NCBI GenBank assembly: GCA_947589425.1
Contig: CANQAV010000003.1
Span: 38,186-102,185 of the forward strand
Direction: 5' to 3'
Length of the DNA stretch: 64,000 nucleotides
Source: Candidatus Gastranaerophilales bacterium
GTDB taxonomy: Bacteria; Cyanobacteriota; Vampirovibrionia; Gastranaerophilales; Gastranaerophilaceae
Below are positions 59,189-64,000 of the stretch, piece by piece (the stretch's first letter is position 1; every line of letters begins with the position of its first letter). The translations under genes and the position numbers were made by a program. Under the pieces are notes generated by a model. The model saw only the letters and a program-made list of their open reading frames with translations, ran no database searches and was not told where the DNA came from.

Positions 59189-60528
59189 TAAACAAAATTA
59201 AAGAATATAAAAATATAATTTTAGATATAATCAAGCTTTCCGTACCTATTTTGGGCGGAAATGTTTCACAAATTCTTATCGGATTTATTGACACCATAGC
59301 GGCAGGAAGATATTCAACACAGGCGCTCGGCGCAATCAGCGTTGCAAGCGCAATTGTAATGACTTTTACAATAGGTGCAATAGGTATAATTTTAAGTATC
59401 AGCCCCGCTATTTCAAATATGAGAGGGCAAAAGCTCCCTTCAAAAAGATATTTCAAGCTTACAATTTTATTTTCGCTTTTGATTTCAATACCTTTTTTTG
59501 TTCTTCTTGAAATTTTTCTTTCAAATCTTGACAGAATAGGTCTCAGTTTTGAAATTAAGGATATGGTTAAAGAATATATAGCTATATGCGCATGGAGTAT
59601 ATTTCCCGCAGTATTGTTCAGCGCAATTAAAGAATTTTTACAGGCATGGGAAAAAGTTGTTTTTGCAAATATTCTTATGATTTTTATGGTTGTTTTAAAT
59701 GCGGTTTTAAATTTTGTTTTGGTTTTCGGGCTTGATTTTTCTTTTATTCACATATCATCTCTCGGGGTTAGGGGTATTGCCCTTGCAACACTTATTTCAA
59801 AGACATTATCGGGAATTATTATATTTTTATATGTCATTCCTTTGCTAAAAGCTCCCTTTCAATATTCAAAAAAATATATTAAAGATTTATTTAAAATCGG
59901 ACTTCCGATATCATTTGCAATATTTTTTGAATTTTTGGGATTTAATTTATCCGCTGTTTTAATAGGAAAATTTTCGGCTCTTTTTGCTGCAGTGCATAAT
60001 ATAATTTTGTGTATTGCAAACTTTACTTTTATGATAGTCCTTTCGGTTGCAAACGCTGCAAGCATTAAAATAGGTTTTTATAACGGAAGAAACGACAAAA
60101 AAAGCATTAAAAAATATACAATTTCATCAATTATAATATCAATGAGCGTCTGCCTTATAACGTTTATTATTCTTATTTTCTTCTCAGATGGCGTTATTAA
60201 GATATTTTCAGGCGATATTGAAGTAATTAATTTATCAAAGAAAATTTTAAAAATCGCAGTCGCATTTTTGTTTTTCGACGGTATGCAGGGAACTTGCGTG
60301 GGTATTTTAAAAGGTTTAAAAGACACAAAAATCATTATGGCAACAATGCTTTTTGCATATCTGGTAATTGCCCTGCCTTTCGGCTCATATCTTGCATTTT
60401 ATAAAAACATTGTACTTGAAGGCTATTGGCTGGGCTTTGCATTGGCGTTGTTTTTTGCTTCAGTTGTTACACTGTCGAGGGTGGTTTTTGATATTAAAAA
60501 GATGAAAGAAATTGGGCATGAATTTTGA
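59185..60528 (+). CDS. MATE-family efflux transporter
   Basis: 447 aa with 12 predicted TM helices. The N-terminus (ILDIIKLSVPILGGNVSQILIGFIDTIAAGR) is typical of the NorM/MATE family. ATGA overlap with the upstream gene. Confidence 0.88.
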   Translation: MINKIKEYKNIILDIIKLSVPILGGNVSQILIGFIDTIAAGRYSTQALGAISVASAIVMTFTIGAIGIILSISPAISNMRGQKLPSKRYFKLTILFSLLISIPFFVLLEIFLSNLDRIGLSFEIKDMVKEYIAICAWSIFPAVLFSAIKEFLQAWEKVVFANILMIFMVVLNAVLNFVLVFGLDFSFIHISSLGVRGIALATLISKTLSGIIIFLYVIPLLKAPFQYSKKYIKDLFKIGLPISFAIFFEFLGFNLSAVLIGKFSALFAAVHNIILCIANFTFMIVLSVANAASIKIGFYNGRNDKKSIKKYTISSIIISMSVCLITFIILIFFSDGVIKIFSGDIEVINLSKKILKIAVAFLFFDGMQGTCVGILKGLKDTKIIMATMLFAYLVIALPFGSYLAFYKNIVLEGYWLGFALALFFASVVTLSRVVFDIKKMKEIGHEF

Positions 60529-60646
60529 TTATCGAAAGCAAAGTGAAACAATTTGCAATATTTTCACGTGCACTTAAGCACCTTGCCATGTCGCAATAAA
60601 CTCAAACAAGCTTCATAAACCTTCTTTTTTACCTTCTACCCCTCAG

Positions 60647-60667
60647 ACCCTGAAATAAATTCAGGGT
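60647..60667. repeat. Hairpin module ACCCTGAA-N5-TTCAGGGT, preceded by CTACCCCTCAG
   Basis: Read directly. The same module recurs at 62389-62409. Confidence 0.8.
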
Positions 60668-60726
60668 GACAGCATACAAGGATGTCGGTATTCTAACACT
60701 CAACTACACATGTCATGCTGAATTCA

Positions 60727-60806
60727 TTTCAGCATCTGACCAAGCCTCGGAATACTCAATAATGTTGCAAACCATGTTCCTTTCATTCCCTACCCCTCAG
60801 ACCCTG
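60727..60806. repeat. 80-nt interspersed repeat block, left copy
   Basis: tttcagcatctGaccaagcctcggaatactcaataatgttgcaaaccatgttcctttcattccctacccctcagaccctg. Differs from 62315-62394 at one base (G/T). A second shared 24-nt block lies at 60841-60864 and 62452-62475. Confidence 0.9.
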
Positions 60807-60992
60807 TAAACACCTCGGCTTCGCCTACAGATACAGGCTCACAAGGCTCGTACCTCGCCTGTTCATTTTGTTACAATCTTCGACAAAGCTCAGATGTTCA
60901 CTTTTGTAAAATCCTGCTCCCGCAACCAATTAAATTCAAAAACCATTCCATACGGGAGGGTTTTTTATTATAGAGCTTGCTATCGCTACATT

Positions 60993-61394
60993 TTACTTCC
61001 AATAAGTTTTAAAATCTTCAATTTGTTTTAGTGTATTTTGATAATCTCCATTGAACCCGATTGCTCTATCATCAAGATAGATATAGGCGGGCTCTTTGAC
61101 GTTAGTTACGTCTTTAAAATATTTATCCATTTTATTTTCTATCAACCATTTTGTTGCTTCAAGGTTGTTTCTTGTTGTGAATAAAACTAAATCATAATCT
61201 ATATTTAACTTCTGTACAAATTCTCTTGCACCTTGTCTAAGTTTGGGCAGTTTATTTTCATCATATTTTCCCTCATACATATTCAAGACCCCGTCAAGGT
61301 CAATCATAATCGTTTTTCTTTTTTCCATATCTGCCCCCTTAACCATAGGAATGCTAAAGGCAAAAATCAACACCAGAATTAAAAATTTTTTCAT
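60993..61394 (-). CDS. Secreted HAD-like hydrolase (5-prime(3-prime)-nucleotidase-like)
   Basis: 133 aa. Signal peptide, then the DxD motif IMIDLDGVL and LVLFTTR. Confidence 0.6.
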   Translation of the reverse strand: MKKFLILVLIFAFSIPMVKGADMEKRKTIMIDLDGVLNMYEGKYDENKLPKLRQGAREFVQKLNIDYDLVLFTTRNNLEATKWLIENKMDKYFKDVTNVKEPAYIYLDDRAIGFNGDYQNTLKQIEDFKTYWK

Positions 61395-61506
61395 AAAATA
61401 CGAGCCTTATGAATTAACTATATTACATTTACCCATACTATGTAATAGTATAAATGAATATATAATATTGTTATTATAAAGTCAAGTTAAATATAGGTAT
61501 ATATAA

Positions 61507-61680
61507 ATGACTTTTGACAGAAAACTAATCCGAAATGGCAATGGTTGGGCAATGACTCTCAATTCAACTATATTGGAATTTTTGGATGTAAATCCTGAAA
61601 TTAATATGGTAAAATATACTCTTTATAATAATATGCTTGTTATTAAAAAGAGTAGTAAAAAAGTAGAGATAAAAAAATAA
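61507..61680 (+). CDS. AbrB/MazE/SpoVT-like small DNA-binding protein, paralog 1 (57 aa; not in the ORF track)
   Basis: My own translation gives MTFDRKLIRNGNGWAMTLNSTILEFLDVNPEINMVKYTLYNNMLVIKKSSKKVEIKK. Clearly paralogous to the ORF at 61770-61949. Confidence 0.6.
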   Translation: MTFDRKLIRNGNGWAMTLNSTILEFLDVNPEINMVKYTLYNNMLVIKKSSKKVEIKK

Positions 61681-61769
61681 TTATTATACATATAGGTACT
61701 AAGTAAGATTATTAAATAATACATACAAAATATATGATAATTAAAATTACTTTGTTAGGAAATTATCAT

Positions 61770-61949
61770 ATGGCACTTGACAGAAAATTAATCCGAAACG
61801 GCAATGGATGGGCATTGACAATAAATTCAACTATTTTAGGCTTGTTGGATGTAGACCCTGAAGTCAATATGGTTAGATATAACGTTGAAAATGACAAATT
61901 GATTATAACAAAGAGCGAAAAAACGGTAGAAAAGAAGACTGTTGATTAA
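61770..61949 (+). CDS. AbrB/MazE/SpoVT-like small DNA-binding protein, paralog 2 (59 aa)
   Basis: MALDRKLIRNGNGWALTINSTILGLLDVDPEVNMVRYNVENDKLIITKSEK.... AGGAA lies 8 nt upstream of ATG 61770. The ORF-track start at 61734 is an extension. Confidence 0.65.
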   Translation: MALDRKLIRNGNGWALTINSTILGLLDVDPEVNMVRYNVENDKLIITKSEKTVEKKTVD

Positions 61950-62187
61950 AGCTGTGCAATATATAAATTTAAGAAAATTCATCAAGAAAAGGCGCCTAGA
62001 GAACGATATTTCTCTTAATTCTTTTGCATTTGAAAATGATATCGACCCTGCGATTTTATCCAGAATTGAGAACTTGAAGCAAAACATTAAATTGAATATT
62101 TTAGAAAAAATTGCGCAAGGTTTTAGCGCAACTCCTGCACAATTTTTGACGGAGTTTGAAAATGATGATGGTGTTTTTGATAAATAA
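61942..62187 (+). CDS. XRE-family helix-turn-helix regulator
   Basis: LRKFIKKRRLENDISLNSFAFENDIDPAILSRIENLKQNIKLNILEKIAQGF is a Cro/C1-type HTH. The TTG start overlaps the stop of the previous gene; GTG 61954 is an alternative start. Confidence 0.7.
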   Translation: MIKAVQYINLRKFIKKRRLENDISLNSFAFENDIDPAILSRIENLKQNIKLNILEKIAQGFSATPAQFLTEFENDDGVFDK

Positions 62188-62314
62188 ATTTTTTGTTTAG
62201 AGAATTTAATTTTGAAGGCAAAAATATTTAGGGGTAGATGTTTAATGGTTTCAATTGTCACGCTGAACTGACTGGAAAATAGCGTGCATCGTGATTTTCT
62301 GTCCTCTGTGAGTG

Positions 62315-62394
62315 TTTCAGCATCTTACCAAGCCTCGGAATACTCAATAATGTTGCAAACCATGTTCCTTTCATTCCCTACCCCTCAGACCCTG
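62315..62394. repeat. 80-nt interspersed repeat block, right copy
   Basis: Same orientation as 60727-60806, with one mismatch. Followed by hairpin 62389-62409 and two more TTCAGGG(T/C)GAC words. Confidence 0.9.
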
Positions 62395-62594
62395 AAACGA
62401 GTTCAGGGTGACAAAGGAAAGGGTGATGTGATTAATGCATACTTCAGGGCGACAAGGCTCGTACCTCGCCTGTTCGCTTTGTAAAATTCAGGGTGACGGG
62501 GTAGAGCAACCTCTTTCGTTTGCACTTAATAAATTAAACTTTACTTTCCTAAAACCTGCATTCTTCCTTACACCAAGAAGGACAACCCTTTCAA

Positions 62595-63341
62595 CTACAT
62601 AACAACCGTTGTAATCAAAGGTCCTTCATCCGAAGCAACAACCGTATGTTCAAAATGTGCGGAAGGCTTTTTATCATCCGTTACGACAGTCCATTCATCC
62701 TGCAGGGTATGAACTTCATCACATCCTAAATTCAACATAGGCTCAATTGCAATTGCGCAATTTCTTTTAATTATAATATTTGAATTTGTTCTGTAATTAA
62801 ACAAAAAAGGTTCTTCATGCATATTATGTCCGACGCCATGCCCGCCATACTGCCTTACTATACCAAGATTTGCACTTTTTGCGACATCTTCAATTGCACC
62901 TGATATATTTTCAAGCCTGTTATCCGGTATCATCTGTTCAATTCCTTTAAAAAGCGCTTTTTCGGTTGTTTCTAAAAGCATTTTAATATCATCTGAAATA
63001 TTACCTACGGGATATGTCCATGCCCCGTCCCCCACAAGACCTCTGAATGTTGCGCCGACATCAATTGACACTATATCACCTTCTTTTAAAATTATATCTT
63101 TCGAAGGTATTCCATGCACCACCTGTTCATTAATTGAAGTACAGATTGAATTAGGAAAACCGTTATAGCCTAAAAATGTCGGAATTGCTTTATTTTTCTT
63201 TATTATGTTATATGCGATATTATCAAGCTCAAGGGTTGAAATACTCGGCTCTATAACTTTTTTCATTTCCTGATGAACAAGCGCTACAATATTACCCGCC
63301 ATACGCATTAATTTAATTTCTTCTCTTGATTTTTTATTCAT
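62595..63341 (-). CDS. map: Methionine aminopeptidase type I
   Basis: Starts MNKKSREEIKLMRMAG. Motifs VVHGIP, VSIDVG, GHGVGHNMHEEP and FEHTV. ATG 63341 overlaps the upstream gene's stop by 8 nt. The ORF-track start at 63431 is an extension. Confidence 0.93.
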   Translation of the reverse strand: MNKKSREEIKLMRMAGNIVALVHQEMKKVIEPSISTLELDNIAYNIIKKNKAIPTFLGYNGFPNSICTSINEQVVHGIPSKDIILKEGDIVSIDVGATFRGLVGDGAWTYPVGNISDDIKMLLETTEKALFKGIEQMIPDNRLENISGAIEDVAKSANLGIVRQYGGHGVGHNMHEEPFLFNYRTNSNIIIKRNCAIAIEPMLNLGCDEVHTLQDEWTVVTDDKKPSAHFEHTVVASDEGPLITTVVM

Positions 63342-64000
63342 TATTTTTTCCTTCCAAATTGTCGAATTTAACGGCTTGAGGGTTAAGTGCAAGCCATCTG
63401 TAAACATCTTGTTCTCCTTCAGGCATTTCAACTATAAAAATTCCGCCTGATTTACCCCTTTTTGAAATAAGGTTTCCGCCCCTGAAAAGTTCTCTGAGCG
63501 CTCTTCTTACGGTATTCGGGCTGACATTTAAAATTTTGGCAAGTTCTCTTATGGGGGCAATTTTATCTCCCGCTTCATAATTTTCGCTTATATGCTTTTT
63601 AATTACGGGAAGTGCTTTCTGCCAGGAATATTCATAGCTTATTGATGCTGTTTTTTTTCTTTCGGAACTTGTATATTGCGTTTTTAGATTTTGATTTTTT
63701 CCAAGATATATAGTTCCGTATTTACCCCTTCGTGATAAAATTATTTTCTTATTGTTGAGGATTTTCATGGCATCGTTAATTGTTTTAATGCTTACCCCGA
63801 ACATCCTTGAAAAAGCCATGTTGGGAAGTATCTTCTCCCCTTGTTTATAGGTTTTTTTGATATAACTTTCTATTTTTTCAATTAATTGATGAGTAAGGGT
63901 AAAATTTTCGTCTTTAAGCCCGTTTTCAATTTCTTCTTTTGTGAGTTCAAATTCTTTTATATAAATTCGTGAAAACTTATTTCCCTTGAGGCGGATTTTT
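63334..64000 (-). CDS. Regulator with two GntR-type winged-helix domains (N-terminus outside window)
   Basis: The frame stays open from 63819 to the window edge. Two wHTH units are visible: GEKILPNMAFSRMFGVSIKTINDAMKILNNKKIILSRRGKYGTIY and GDKIAPIRELAKILNVSPNTVRRALRELFRGGNLISKRGKSGGIF. Confidence 0.7.
   Translation of the reverse strand, partial: KIRLKGNKFSRIYIKEFELTKEEIENGLKDENFTLTHQLIEKIESYIKKTYKQGEKILPNMAFSRMFGVSIKTINDAMKILNNKKIILSRRGKYGTIYLGKNQNLKTQYTSSERKKTASISYEYSWQKALPVIKKHISENYEAGDKIAPIRELAKILNVSPNTVRRALRELFRGGNLISKRGKSGGIFIVEMPEGEQDVYRWLALNPQAVKFDNLEGKNNE

Noticed and set aside
60727-60786. Minus-strand micro-ORF inside the 80-nt block (MKGTWFATLLSIPRLG..., ATG at 60786 and at 62374, preceded by GAGGGGTAGGGA)
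   Set aside because: The SD-like purine run is suggestive, and a type I toxin-like peptide was considered. However, the products differ in length (20 versus 38 aa) because the flanks differ, and the hydrophobic stretch is too short for a TM helix. It could be tested by ribosome profiling.
62284-62484. 66-aa plus-strand ORF across the right repeat module
   Set aside because: It has no RBS. The homologous frame in the left copy is closed (stop right after ...PTPQTL), so the shared 80 nt are not conserved as coding sequence.
60529-62594. tRNA, tmRNA, RNase P, SRP or 6S RNA hidden in the G+C-rich non-coding patches
   Set aside because: I found no T-loop GGTTCGA-type box, no CCA-proximal acceptor pairing, no tmRNA GGGG...TTCGAC 5-prime end, and no RNase P GAGGAAAGTCC or SRP GGAA/AGCA motifs.

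Overview
A+T-rich bacterial chromosomal segment, densely coding on both strands. I recognised no rRNA, tRNA, CRISPR array, transposase or integrase. TolC, a MacAB/DevBCA-type exporter and a flagellar basal-body/export cluster point to a diderm, flagellated organism. I cannot assign a taxon from sequence alone; a non-photosynthetic cyanobacterial relative (Melainabacteria) or another gut anaerobe would fit.

Gene content, left to right:
- DUF815 ATPase (truncated by the window edge)
- flagellar block: SLT lytic transglycosylase, fliE, fliF, an atypical protein in the fliG slot, fliH, flhA, and a pseudo-receiver/degenerate-GGDEF protein
- an acidic repeat protein
- a six-gene Hyf/Ehr-like membrane complex (minus strand)
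- glnA and glgC
- a tight operon: ParA/CooC-like ATPase, folD, alr, gcvT, gcvH, gcvPA
- glycosyltransferases and a YhcH-family protein, then gyrA
- a GDYXXLXY/DUF2157 membrane pair, wecB, dnaB
- a 732-bp intergenic region, then dnaK
- folE2 neighbourhood, a radical SAM/SPASM protein, fabI, purB, hsp20
- partial dcw cluster: GT2 synthase, murC, murB, ddl, ftsQ
- TolC, HlyD-type adaptor, ABC ATPase, MacB-type permease
- YnbB-like PLP enzyme, GlcD-like FAD oxidase, MATE pump
- a small accessory cassette, then map and a double-GntR regulator (truncated by the window edge)

Most unusual observations:
1. A perfect 122-bp G+C-rich direct repeat, present twice, between dnaB and dnaK. It starts immediately after an orphan intrinsic terminator.
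2. Mosaic G+C-rich hairpin-rich non-coding modules, including an 80-nt block with a single mismatch. They flank a ~1.5-kb cassette that carries two tandem AbrB/MazE-like paralogs and an XRE regulator.
3. A group-4-hydrogenase-like complex whose catalytic subunit lacks the canonical paired-Cys NiFe motifs (Ehr-like).
4. A protein in the FliG slot in which only an internal segment looks like the FliG N-domain.
5. A pseudo-receiver/degenerate-GGDEF protein directly downstream of flhA.

All functional calls come from motif recognition by eye and gene context. No database search was run.
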